A stretch of 64,000 nucleotides of DNA. Source: Octopus sinensis (lineage: Eukaryota). The first letter of the stretch is position 1, and each line of letters starts with the position of its first letter. Under the pieces are notes generated by a model. That model worked only from the letters and a program-made list of their open reading frames with translations. It had not been told where the DNA came from and did not search any database. The DNA is taken from contig NC_043003.1 of the NCBI RefSeq assembly GCF_006345805.1, positions 73,408,001 through 73,472,000 on the forward strand, in the 5' to 3' direction. Below are positions 1-13,180 of the stretch, in pieces. The position numbers were made by a program, and so were the translations under genes.

Positions 1-642
1 GCAATTCAGTATACTGCTGTAAACATTCTTGAATGTGTCCTGTGTATAAAACTGAGGTAAACATATCTATCTTATAATTATGTATTAAATTCTTTCTTGA
101 GCTTAACTCGTGTGGATTGTCGATTAGCAGAATCGGTACAACCGGGGGGAAAATGGATCGCATTACTTAATTGTATCTAGTTACGTTTTGAATCCTCTCT
201 TCTACAAATAATATGCTTAAATTTTATATTCATACTCCGGGTCGATAAAATACGGAGCAGTAGAATGGAGAATGTCAAAATACCCTCCACTTACTTAGGT
301 GGCAGTGTGCGTATGTATACCTATACCATCACATTATGCATGTATGAATAATCTTCCTGAAGTGACTTGTAAATTAGGAGTGAACGGCAAATATTAGCTT
401 GATTTAAATGCATTTTCTTTTCTATACAAATACATTGGACCATTTATTCTCATTCGATAACAAATGAGAATAATGACGTTTCTACGTTCAAGAAGTCTGC
501 TTAAGAAATGTAAACATGTTTTAACTTTAGTTTTAAATATAAAACTTAAATCATTTCTAAGTTTCAAATGTATTCAATATGATATATACATAATATATGT
601 GTGTGTATGTGTGTGTATATACGTATGTGTGTGTGTATGCTT

Positions 643-1424
643 GGGCACTGTCTGTGAGAAAAAAAGCACAATGACGCAATCCACTCTGCTAGAAATTTGG
701 GAACGACATGCTGTACCGCGCATGATATTCACACCGAAAGTTCCAATATAGGTGTCTGGGTGTCAACCTGAGAATTGTCCAAAATGAGAACAGTGCAATC
801 TGAGGACATGTACCGAGAGTGATAAATATCAAATATCCAGTTGACATCATGGTGTTTCGAGTGATCACTAGTGATGGTGCTGTTATGCCTACATTCATTT
901 TCCCACACAGCTTCAAATTCAACACTGATGACCCTACATCAAGGGCCTGAAGGATGTAGTGCTGCCCTGGGTCAAGAGGTTGACTGCTGGAAGACCCTAT
1001 ATCCGGCAACAAGATTCTGCACCGTGCCACACAAGCAGGAGAACCCATTGATGGCTGGCAGACAATTTCTGCGACCACATCTGGCTACCTAACTCCTCAG
1101 ACTGCAACCCACTTAATTTTCATGTGTGGGGCGCAGTTGAGCGAAAGATCAACAAAACTTATGGTAACACCAAAGATGAACTGAAGGCAAGGATTATGGC
1201 AGCATTCACCAACTTAAACAAGGAGATAGTCCAGAAGATTTGCAGGAGATTCTGCAGGCGTCTGGAGGCCGTGGTTGAAACCAATTGTGATTTTATTTAA
1301 TAAATCTACTCTTTAGTATTTCAAGATATTTTCTATGTAATTATGGTAATTATATCTATTAAAATGAGATGTCACCGTTATTTTCATTTTTGCGTAATTT
1401 AGACAACTGTTTATTCACCTTGTA
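643..1424 (+). mobile_element. Internally deleted, decayed Tc1/mariner-superfamily DNA transposon
   Basis: Translates across frameshifts to a transposase N-terminus (MTQSTLLEIWERHAV, 671) and a catalytic C-terminus QQDSAPCHTSRRT...WLPNSSDCNPLNFHVWGAVE...KDELKARIMAAF...LEAVVETNCDFI*. Ends in a TIR-like ...TATTCACCTTG|TA at 1424. Left TIR not found. Confidence 0.85.
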
Positions 1425-1448
1425 TATGAGCATACATATATGTAATGC

Positions 1449-1765
1449 ATGCCAAAGCACGATACCCTCGTTCATGAAGAGACATGGTATTGCACCAAGA
1501 AATTTCCCCTCCGAAAAACAAGTCCAGGCAAGATTGTTTGTGGAAGGCCAGCAGTCACCCATGTATGCCTGTCTTCCGTCTCCACGCCAATGATTCGTTC
1601 AAGGCAAAGGCAGATGCCTATACACCTTACCAACAGTAACGTCGCAACACATTTCTACCGGTGCAGCATCGTGAAGTAAAGTGTCTTGCTTAAGAACACA
1701 ACACACAGCCCAATGCGCAAATCGAACTCAGCCTCACAGTTGTAAGTCCGATGCTCCAACCAGTA
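1449..1765 (-). mobile_element. tRNA-derived SINE (third family, CORE-like body)
   Basis: The reverse complement begins GGTTGGAGCATCGGACTTACAACTGTGAGGCTGAGTTCGATT (A/B-box-like), followed by GTGTGTTGTGTTCTTAAGCAAGACACTTTAC, typical of invertebrate tRNA-SINE bodies. Confidence 0.6.
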
Positions 1766-1880
1766 ATCTTTGCTCCTCTGCATTAATAATGATTATTTAA
1801 CTCTCTCTACTTCTCTCTGTCTGTCTCTCTCTGTCTTTAAAAACACACACACACACATACACACACACACACACACACAC

Positions 1881-1938
<58 letters not shown>

Positions 1939-2004
1939 ATATATATATATATACACAAGCAGAGGCCTCGCGCGTATGCACACACACACACATATATGTA
2001 CATA

Positions 2005-2280
2005 TACGTGGTCTGATCAATACGTATACGGCCTGTTGCCAGTCAGGAAGCTAAAGTACACAGAGTAAAGCCGCTTCGCACAGATTGACCTTGAACCCTG
2101 CTGTGCATGCGCACGAGGTTTTAACGTTGTATCCCAACTCTACTGTTTACATCAGTGCTTGGATGTATCGTGTAATCATTGCATTGACCATGACAGATAA
2201 AGTTGAGAACAGAATCTGCATCAAATTTTGCCAAAAGTTTGGCGATGCCTACTCAGAGGCCTACGCAAAATTTTCAAAAA
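2005..2280 (+). mobile_element. Mariner 5' end (TIR, 5' UTR, start of transposase HTH)
   Basis: TA + TIR CGTGGTCTGATCAATACGTATACGGCCT, then MTDKVENRICIKFCQKFGDAYSEAYAK, a mariner N-terminal HTH pattern. Confidence 0.8.
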
Positions 2281-2870
2281 AGCTTCCATCGTTCTCGGCA
2301 CAAAGAGATTTTGTGCAACTGCAACCCGACTGTCTTTTTATTGAGCTGAAAGTAATTTTGGCACGATCTTGGCAAGCACGCATCTCATACCCAAATCTTC
2401 AGTAATAATGGACTGAACTGAACCATAACTAATCTGCACATCCTCTGATAACTCACGGATGGTGATTTGACAATTTCCCCTCATAGCTGCATGCACATCT
2501 GCAATGTTTTTCTCAGTTCTGCTGGTTGCGGTTCACTATCGACATTTTGTCAGTCATCTTGGAAACGTCTGAACCACACGTACATTTAAGTGCGGCTTAT
2601 ATACTCTTCTTCATAAACTTTCTGCAATGTTACGTAGGCCTGTGAGCAGGTATAGCCATTACAACTTTGTCATTGTCAATGCGACAATCACATGCTACAC
2701 ACTTTCCTTCCAAGGACTGCTGTAAACAACGAAAGTGAGCCAGAACGTTAATATTTAGAGCGCATGCACAGCAGAGACCAAGATTAATCTGTGCCAAACG
2801 GCTTCACTCTGCCTGTTTTAGCCCTGATACTAGGGTAATAGTCCGGATAGTTATTGATCGGACTGCAATA
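2281..2870 (-). mobile_element. Second mariner 5' portion, opposite orientation
   Basis: TIR at 2840-2868 followed by TA. The minus strand encodes YVWFRRFQD...ITIRELSEDVQISYGSVQSIITEDLGMRCVLAKIVPKLL (HTH plus WVP-type linker). Confidence 0.8.
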
Positions 2871-5052
2871 TATGTGCGTGTATGTATACACATATATACA
2901 TAAATGTTCTCTCTCTATCTCATACAAACACTCACTCACACACATACACACATATGCACACACATATATACACATGCATAGATGCATATAAGAACATACT
3001 GTAAGTACGAACGTATGTATGTGTGTATGTATGTATGCACGTGTGTATACATGAATGAGTGTATATATACATGTATGTATGACTAAAAGTATGTAAGCCT
3101 ATTCTTTATTTATTGTAAACAAACATAATTTTTCGCAGTTCTACGTTGTATTTCTAATTTATAAGACAGCCTATTTTGAGATTTTATTTCCTTTTACTTG
3201 GAGAGAAAGTGATTTTCTTCTGTCAATCTGAACACAGAGAAATATAATGTCCCTGTTCTATACAGAAATATACTGTCCGATATCAGGAACCAATTAAATG
3301 TGTAAGGAAATTGAAGTAATTTTTTAAAATCTTTATCTTATATTTTGTTTTCATATTAGTTTCTAATTTTTGCAATTTTATATTTTATTTATTCTTTCCT
3401 TTGCATTTTTCGTTTTAGAAAATCCTTTTTCTATTTTGAATTAAATACGTCCAAGTAAAAGGTTCGATGATGGAAACTTTCCAAATGTTATTACATCAAT
3501 TCCGATAGATGGTTTGTATTCATTTAGCAACGTGTTCCATAATGTTAAGAACCTAAGTTAGCAACATAGATAATCTATTTTTGATGTTTTATTCCAAGAC
3601 GAAGCCAATGCATACTGCGTTTCCTGGAACCATGATACAAACCGGTCTCCTTTGTTGATCTGAGGTCAATTTGCTGCTCTGTGAGAAGCAATTACTGGAG
3701 AAGAAATTTATATAATAACATCGTATTATTTACGCTTTCTACATTCTTCCAAAACGGAAATGCTGGCCAAAATATAACCAAAAATAAAAGTAGATATACG
3801 CTTATCGGGGACAATTATAAAAATAAAATAAAATACTATAATAGTTAACCATTTACAGATGGCGCCATAGTAAAATTCTGAGATGAATGATGAGATTAAG
3901 AAAATCGAAGAGAAAATCTTGTTTGCACAAAGGTCACACTCTAGGTGAAAGATATTATTTGTGGTAACATAATAATGTGAAATTAGATATAGATTTAATA
4001 TATGGAAGCTTTAAAATGAATAAATATGAGTCTATTTTATTAAACAGAGTAGTAAAATATACAATAGATGCACTTATAATTTCAGACATTATACATTGGA
4101 TACTCTAAATTAGGTAGAACAGAGAGCAAATTTATGAGTGGTAATTTTATAGTAAATTTCATTGAGTGTTAGAAAGATTCTATCTAGCCCTTTGGACTAC
4201 GTGTATTCCTGGGGCAAAATATCAATATATGCAGTTGGACACTTGCCTGGATCATCGACATACGTATATTAATGACACACGCGGCCTGACACTTACCACA
4301 ACCTAAATACTTTAACTTAGTTACATTCTAAATGCATACGCATTTTTATCATCACTGAGCCAAATTTTTTTTATTAATTGCTGAAGAGATATGTTTTAAT
4401 TTAGGGACGGAATTAGACTTTCTCTAATTGCCATATTACTATAAATATGCATTTTTTTTTCTGGCACACTACAGTGTTCACCTTTACAATCCCGGCAATA
4501 AATTTAAACTCACGATGCATTTAAAAATTACCCAACTCATATGTCACTGCCCATTCTGTCGCAAACATTCGGGTCTTTTCTAGGTGTGATGGTTTGAAAA
4601 CGGTCATAAAATCAAAGCTGAAATCATTACGTCCCACAGCTTCCCTTATCTGTATCATTAAGTCGAAAGACATATTATTTATAGATATATATATACATGT
4701 GCTGTTTCGCTTTATACGTCCGAACCCTTCACAATACACTTATTTACCGTCCAGTGAACTTATTTTTGTCTGCCGGAGTCCTTGCCTCATATTTCTGTGT
4801 GCATGTTCATCTATCGTATCCACTCGTCCATAAGCCAGCAACTTACGCTGCTCACATTGCCAAATTGAGCAATATTGTCAAATGCCCAAGGAATTTTAAC
4901 AATATTTGTTTGACAACTGACGAGGAATAGCACGTGTTTACATTGTATGTTTTTTCAATCACGTCGGTAAACCGTGCTAGATTTTTCCTTAGGAACACAT
5001 AAACACCCCCCACTACACACATATATATATATGCATGTGTATATAATTATAC

Positions 5053-5088
<36 letters not shown>

Positions 5089-5541
5089 TTGTGAGTGTGT
5101 GTGTGCGTGCGTGGGTAATGTACTGCTCCGTGATAGAAAATTCAGCAAAAAGTACTACACTGCACACAAACACACACACATACACCACACACATACACAC
5201 ACACATACATACACATATTAGACACGCATGTATTCAAATTCATATCAATAAACTAATTGTAACAAACATGATCACGTACATTCTCTGGGTGTGTGAGCGC
5301 TTCCCACACACTCACACACACATTTACAACACACGCACACACACACGTCTGCATTGGTAGTATTTTTACTTGTTCTTTTTCTTTCTTTACGCGCTTGTTT
5401 TAGACAGGTCCATAATTACCTCCATCTTATGCATACGCATACAGCTCAGCGAATCACGCACCTTCATCACGTGATATCGGACATGACTTCCATAAGCCAG
5501 AAATCACACATTCACACACACACATACACACACAAACACAC

Positions 5542-5575
<34 letters not shown>

Positions 5576-6508
5576 TCAAACACACACACACACATACACA
5601 CTTACATACAATCCTGAAACTGATCAATACCGCAGGTTCCGGTCTGCTATTAAACAATGATCACTTACATTTCACGTTGGTCACCTTTATAATGTTCTTC
5701 AACCATCTTACACATCTCTTCGTCTCCTTCTTTCCCTTTTGCATCTATGTCTCTCTTTCTCTTATTCTTCTCACAATCTTTTCTACATCAATACCATTCT
5801 CCTCTCTCTTCTTTATTCTCCTTGTCTGTATGGTTCCTGTTTTGTCTCTCTAATGTCTCTATCGCTCTTATTAATGTATCTCCTCATTGTTTTTATAAGC
5901 GTTACTCTCGCTCTTTTTGCTCTCTCTCTCTCTCTATCTCTCTGCCTTTCTCTATCTTCTCTCTGTATGTCTGTCTGTCTCTCTTTCTCTCTCTCGCTCT
6001 GTTATCTCTTTCATCCTCTCTTTTGTCTTCCGTCTATGTCAGTAATTGTTGGTCATTTTCTGTTTTTCTTATAGTCAGCCTCCTCTCATGCACTCTTTCT
6101 CTCTCTGTCTCTATGTTTGTCGCATTCTCTCTCCTCACTCTTTCTCTCTTTCTCTCTCTCTTCATGAGTCTTGCTTTATGTCCCTGTCTACGCTTCCTTC
6201 GCTTTTTATATCTACATCTACCAACCTCCACCATCACTGGTATCATACAATATTTACAGATACCAAATGTAAGCCCCCACCACCAGCAAGAATGGCAACA
6301 ACAATGCTAACATCATTTTCAATGCCTACACACAAGAAGCTAACGACAGAAAGTCACGTGGCTGCTCAATTTGCTGAATATAGCAACTAAATCTATTGAA
6401 ATCATAGTCTATTTTCACTCAAAAAAGAAGGTCGATTATTACCACCAGAAATCTTTTGTTCATGTATTTGCTTGAGCAGGGCTGGATCGGTACTAACCAC
6501 ACCAAAGC

Positions 6509-6770
<262 letters not shown>

Positions 6771-7156
6771 GTTGTGATAATAACCTTAGATCATCATCAG
6801 AAGTTAGTAGTAATAATAGTAGTAGCGTTAGTTACTGTAATAACATCACGACAAGAATTATAACTACTATATCCTAAATACACACGCACATCGCACTACT
6901 ACCACTCATACTACCACATGTCCATCTCACACTATAAATACAGATAATACCTCAAGCCATACTACCACCATTTATGTTACCACACAAACAGCATATTAAC
7001 ACCACACCAAACTATCACCAAAAATACTCCCACACTACACACATACACACTACACTACCACTATATATGCTACAACGCAAACTATACTCCACCGTTAATG
7101 TCTAAATCACGATTGCACCACAGTATTATAATCAATACTACCACCCAATCCACACT

Positions 7157-7187
<31 letters not shown>

Positions 7188-7879
7188 CAAGCTCAATCAC
7201 TACACCCATTAACATCAACGCCACTACGAAATCCCTCTACTCCCATTGAACTTAATTTGCTCTTTGCGTGACGAAATGTGTTACTGAACAGGCTATGAAA
7301 GTGGAATATATGTGGAGAGGAGGAAGGGAGGGAGAGAATAAAAAAATGAGAGAAGAAGAGAGAGAAGTAGCAAGATATAAAGATGAGGATCAGAGAGAGA
7401 GAAAGAGAGAGGGGGTTGGGGTGAGAATGGGGGAAGACAGTGCCGGGGTGAACATGCAGAGATTCGTTAAGAAAAGTTGTCTTATAGCAAAGCATTTAAC
7501 GAAATCTCTGTAGAGAACACCTCCAACCAATAAAATCTATCTTTATTGAGGTTGGTTTATAGCAGCAGTACGGCCGATAATGTTGTCATTATCGACCCAT
7601 CACCGCCACCGTCATAATAACCATCAACATCACGACCATCATCATCACCGCCACTACCACCATCACCTTCCCCATCGGTACCATCATTACAATCATCACC
7701 AACATGTCATCAGAAATACAGTTCATCATCGTCTTAATGATATTCAAAATCATCATAATCATGATTCTATTTATGATTCTCTTCCCCTTACTCCTATTTC
7801 CTCCTCCCTCTCCCACCCCTCCTCCTCCTCCTCATCATCATCATCTTTACCATTATCACCAATTTTAGTTGGGTAACTG

Positions 7880-7975
7880 AGAGTTTAGTCGGCATATGTG
7901 GATGACGTCATTGTGATGGTGCCGGATACCAAGGAAGTAAACACGGTAGGGCGAAAAAATATGCGAGAGCAGTTA
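7880..7975 (+). mobile_element. Tiny decayed LINE RT fragment (L1/Tx1-like YADD region)
   Basis: SAYVDDVIVMVPDTKEVNTVG resembles the SAYADDVTVIVSSHEHIERVG segment of the LINEs in this window. Confidence 0.5.
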
Positions 7976-8599
7976 GAAGCTTAGGTATATAGAATGTCTG
8001 TTTGAGAGTAGACGTCCTGGAGTGTTAACAAACGACGTCATAAATGTACTATGGTGAGATAACATAAGACTATAGAGATATGTATAGTGAGGGGCTGGAC
8101 AAAGTATAAGAAGCAACTTGATAGAGCAACGTTATATTATGTGCTTCGAAATTGGTCTACATTCAGCACCAATCACTGATTTAATACGTCGAGGATTTGA
8201 CTAGTACAAGTTCTGAACGATTGAAATAGATATTTTGAGCGATTGTCTCAATATGACGGAATGCAGCAGCTTTTCCCATACTGCTTCGAGATACACCTAA
8301 AAGTTCGACTACAAAGAGATCTGATGACTCTGGGCCAAACTAAGTGGTCTGTTTTACTTTTGAGCGCTCTCTAAAATTTCAAATAATATTATCCGTACGA
8401 ATCAGCGTATATTTGCTTTGGAAGTTTGTGCTAGCATCAGAAAACAATGTTTGTATGTAGGATGGACATGGTCAGCGAAAAATTTCAGACAATCCTTCTT
8501 CCATAGAGTGACAAGATGTTTACAACTGTTTCGACTTTCATGTAAGAGACGTAGCTCTACTTACTACCGTAGTACCTATCGATATGTATATGTAGGCAA

Positions 8600-9335
8600 G
8601 CAACACAACTGAAAAGAAGAGCTACATCGAGTTAAGGGAAGGTGACTTCAAAATTCGCTATGCAAACCACATTCCTTCCTTCCGACACAGGGACGAATAT
8701 AGAGTCACTTAATTGGCTAGCCATGTATAGGGTTTGAAATTTAACACTACTTATGTTAAAGCAAGAAAAAGTTGAAAGATCAACACCATATACCAACGGC
8801 TAAAAGGAATGTAGCTGAACGAACATAAATCCTTTTCAGATCTAAGAAATCTACCACACTACTAAATTCCTGATCTGAAATTCTGAGTAGTTGTAAACAT
8901 ATGGATAAGTTCCTGTTGGCGAAATGTAAAGTACTACTCTCTCCAGATTGAGTATCTGTACAGCAGACTCTGAATCACCAACCTTTCAGTCTTATAAATT
9001 TACAGTCAAAGGAAGACAACTCTAATCCTCCCCCTTTTGTTTGCTTTTCGTTTTCTGTCTTTTCAACCTTCCACCTTTTACATCTACTGTCGTCTCACCG
9101 TTTCTTGCATTTTCTCTCAATCAATCGTCCTGTTTTTAGCTTGTTATGTCACGTGGACGCAGCCCGAATATTGCAGTAAGGCACCAGACGTGTTATAAAT
9201 GCTGTCTGGAGATGCTTTCATTGCATGAAACTAATAGTAGCTAATAAAACATATTGTATCTATTAGATAAAATTTATCTCTCAACAGGTGGAGTACATTT
9301 TTGTTGATCTTACCACCATGGAAGAATATACTGCA
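8600..9335 (+). mobile_element. Penelope-like element remnant: GIY-YIG endonuclease plus 3' pLTR-like tail
   Basis: TTEKKSYIELREGDFKIRYANHIPSFRHRDEYRVT*LASHV*GLK matches the PLE endonuclease pattern (YIG.TE..FK.RY.NH..SF...T.LS.H.W.LK). Downstream there is a T-rich tail, a degenerate hammerhead-like core (9203-9236) and an end in (TA)n. Confidence 0.75.
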
Positions 9336-9519
9336 TATATATGCATATGTATATACATACGTGTGTGTATGCGCGTGTATGTGTATGTGTATGATGGACC
9401 CTCCCGCTAATCACTAATCCATGCGCCCTCACTATATGGGGTCATCTGTCTCCGCACAGGTCGCAGACCTAGTTGGAATATATATACTTTCATTAATCCA
9501 GTCTTCCTTTCCTGAAGTA

Positions 9520-10270
9520 ACAATGTGTCTATATAGGGATAACACCTTATTTTTTCTGGGCACAATTAGAAAAGCATAAGAAAAAATTCTTTAGACTTTT
9601 TAAAAATTTAGGACCAAATATTTCTATGGGAAAGAACTAAATATTCTTGATGCTACCTTCTTGATACTGGATTATTTGAACCATTTCATAAGCCAAATGA
9701 TCATAGGAAGTAAACAAATGTAGCATCCAACCACCAACCCTCGATTATACAGGGATTAGTTAAGAATATTTCTACAAGAATTTCTAGATTAATCGCTAAT
9801 AATAAAATTATTATAATGTAGCTTTAGCAAGGGGGCTGAGTAGCGTGAAAAACTTTAATATATACAAGAAGCAGGCATACACAACACTGGTAATTCTTCC
9901 AACAGAAACACACATTGCACACCATCCCAATGGCACGGTACGAGGACTCACTGAGATAGAGAATACGGTCCAGGAAGAATTGGTCAAGATAATGAACTAC
10001 CAACTTAGAGACACACGTGACATAATAATCCAACTACTCGTAACACTGTAAATTGTTTCAATCTTGCACAACACACTCGATCAAATGAGCTTAACAACAG
10101 ATATAGGACTCAGGATGTCCCCTGGTTCAATCCAATTTTCGATTTGCATGTTTCAACCAAGGTCACTAGAAAATATTTTGGCCCTTTGGACAAATGTTTT
10201 CCTAAATCTAATCGATATCATGCTATTTTTAATCGGCATACCGTGAATGACTTTAGAGCAGCTTATACAT
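9520..10270 (+). mobile_element. Penelope-like element remnant: RT C-terminus/thumb and linker, interrupted at about 9840-10060
   Basis: LYRDNTLFF (LYRDD-like), TGLFEPFHKPND, ASNHQPSIIQGLVKNISTRISRL, then DVPWFNPIF...LDKCFPKSNRYHAIFNRHTV (WFNP...DKHFP...IFNR linker). Confidence 0.75.
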
Positions 10271-10403
10271 CGCAGTGAATCTACGCATCAAAATGCTAAC
10301 AAACCGCAATGAAAAGCGCCAATTACGGCCAAATTGTAATAGTAAAAATGCTTATGATATAGCTAACACGGTAACAACATCGGAAAATGAAGTCGGAACT
10401 TAC

Positions 10404-10610
10404 ATATATACGAATAAATATGGATAAATACTCGTGCAGAGAAGACTCATGCAGAGAAAAACCAAAATACCCATTGCTGAACCTCTGTATGAGTGACAGG
10501 AGTGTTTCAACTGACAGTTGAAACACTCCTGTCACAATATGGGACCTTAAAGACTGCTTTAATGCAAGGAAGTATACTAGTCCCTTAATATTTGATATTC
10601 CATATTTCAT
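10404..10610 (-). pseudogene. Candidate cadherin-repeat-like coding relic or exon
   Basis: 69 open codons bounded by AG and GTAAGT. KYGISNIKGLVYFLALKQSLRSHIVTGVF fits F.I...G.V....L.....Y.L.V. Pattern match by eye only. Confidence 0.3.
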
Positions 10611-10803
10611 CTATTCAATAAGACAATCAATACTTCATTTCATTATATTACTATATATACTTTTATACTATATATTCTATATTCTACATTAATATTATAA
10701 AGAATATAAATAAAAGATAAAATACAGACGGAGTTGGAATTTCCTTGAATAGTATATATCCCTCAATACACAATCATACAAACCCCTTTTATATATATAT
10801 ATG

Positions 10804-10919
<116 letters not shown>

Positions 10920-11418
10920 GTATATACTCATACATATATACATGCAGATATGCATTTTTCTTTAATATTCTTTAACAAGATTAGCGTTGACAGTAATTTC
11001 CTCACACAATCTGATGTAGGTTAGACAGGCCAAAATTTGGGGTTACTGTAAACACTATTCCGGCTAGAGAATAATGAATATGTACTCCACAATAAGTATT
11101 GAGTAGACATTCAGTCTGAAACAAAATTATTTTCATGTTTATATAAGTTTATATAAGATTTTGTATGTGGACGTGTGTATTTGTGTCGATGGATAAACAA
11201 CATTTTTCGGTTTTGACGAGTAGGATTTAGATGTCTAATCACCTAAAACTCCTACTCATTCATATAATATTTACGTGACTGAAAATTCTAGGGATACAGC
11301 CGGATACTGTTACTATAATTCTCAAGCAAATCAGAGTGTCATAGAATGTGACAAGGCAGTATCTTCGAATTAAAAGTATTTTCTAGCCACATTTCAAATA
11401 TGTCTTCCACGTACTTAC

Positions 11419-11693
11419 TTTTACTTTCAGTATACGATTGAATCTGACGTTATAGGAAGTGGCATTTGCTGAATATTCTAACCCATAACCCCTTTTTTGA
11501 AGCGGTCTGCTTGTCCATACTGCGCCTGTACGTACTACATAATACATACATACATACATACATAAATGTATACACACATATATATTTACAGACACACACA
11601 GAGAAAGACAGGCACATGTTTACATATAAGCACCAACACATATACGCGTATATATACACATATACCTATATCAATCAATCCTTCATTCTATCA

Positions 11694-11776
<83 letters not shown>

Positions 11777-11778
11777 GT

Positions 11779-11829
<51 letters not shown>

Positions 11830-12138
11830 ATATATCTATCTATCTAGCTATCTATTTATCTCTCTGTCAGTCTGTCTGTCCGTTCGTCCGTCTGTCTGTC
11901 TGTATGTATCTATCTATCTAACTGTGTGTGTGTGTGGGTGTGCGTGTATGTTTGAGTGCGTTTATTGTGTAAATGAATTTGCGAGCTTATTCCTGCGCGT
12001 GATTCTTCATGTCGCATTTCCATTCCCTACGGCAAGAATCACATGAAACGCTGCAGCATCATTATTTCTATACATCTTTAAGGTGAATAACGATTTACTG
12101 AATGCATCAATAAGCTGATCAGTTGTTGAAATATCAAC
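11419..12138 (-). pseudogene. Candidate decayed cadherin repeat split by microsatellites
   Basis: 12138-12007 reads VDISTTDQLIDAFSKSLFTLKMYRNNDAAAFHVILAVGNGNAT* and 11534-11419 reads RTGAVWTSRPLQKRGYGLEYSANATSYNVRFNRILKVK. Together they follow one cadherin repeat in the correct order, but contain a stop and lack the Ca-binding motifs. Confidence 0.45.
11690..11850. repeat. (TATC)n microsatellite with no LINE inserted
   Basis: Directly visible. Confidence 0.95.
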
Positions 12139-12857
12139 CTTTATGTCAATTTATCGAGAATATATCTAGCAGAAAACTATGATTCTTAATGCCGCCTTTA
12201 GTTCTGAAATTATTTATTATAATTAGTATACTGAGGGCACTAAAAAGAAGGGGAACCAAAGTGAGGGTGAGAATTTATTGCTTTGATTGGTTACGTCAGT
12301 GTATTTATGAAATTTCAGCCCGATCGAATCTACCTTTATCCTCTTATAATCGATAATGTAATATGCAATCATGTATGCAGGAATCGATTTGTAGCTGATA
12401 ACATCTTCTCACCCAATAAGTTCGCCCTTTTATCACTGCCAAAATTCAGTGTTTAATTGTATTCCCGATGATAAAAAAAAAATCTCTGAGGAAACATTTA
12501 TCAGTTCATAGAGCCCTGAGTGTGATTTGACTGTGATTCACTTTGGGGTCAATAACTTCAACAGTACACATATATTTGTTACGATTAAATCTACACACCT
12601 CTGCTTTAGAATCTGGGACTATGAGACAAACACAAATAATTCTATTTCAATATTGCGTTAGCTTGTGCCACACTCCATAAAATACACTCTTGGTTCACAA
12701 TATTTAGAGAAGAAAATTAACTTTTTGCTTCAATAAGAATATGAAGATTTCGCAGGTGGCAATAATCAATAGAGCGTAAAAATAGATGCACAAATATATA
12801 TGTACACACATTCGAAACAATCTTTCTGTCTGGCAGATAGTTTATCTTTCCTTCTAT

Positions 12858-12946
<89 letters not shown>

Positions 12947-13180
12947 AATCTCTATCTATCTCACAATGGACGGACGCTAGTCATATCGGCTCCACGTAAG
13001 TTGGCCACTTTTACATGTTTAAAACTCCTTGTTGTCAAATATTTTGTTTTAATCATTGTGCAAGTTCATTCACTAAAAAACCTGAGAATTATTCACGTAG
13101 AATTCCGCCCCTGTATGGGCGAAATTACAAAAAAACTTTCAAAACTTTCGTGGGTTTTTTAGCCATTTTTCATTTTGAAA

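Noticed and set aside
5606-5643. 38-nt minus-strand candidate exon (CAG|ACC...GTAT|GTAAGT; TGTCGIDQFQDC)
   Set aside because: Good splice sites but too short to assign, and no convincing partner exon. Needs RNA-seq.
9845-10051. Insert within the Penelope relic with minus-strand VVHYLDQFFL (DIRS/Ngaro YLDDF-like)
   Set aside because: A single weak motif with no supporting context.
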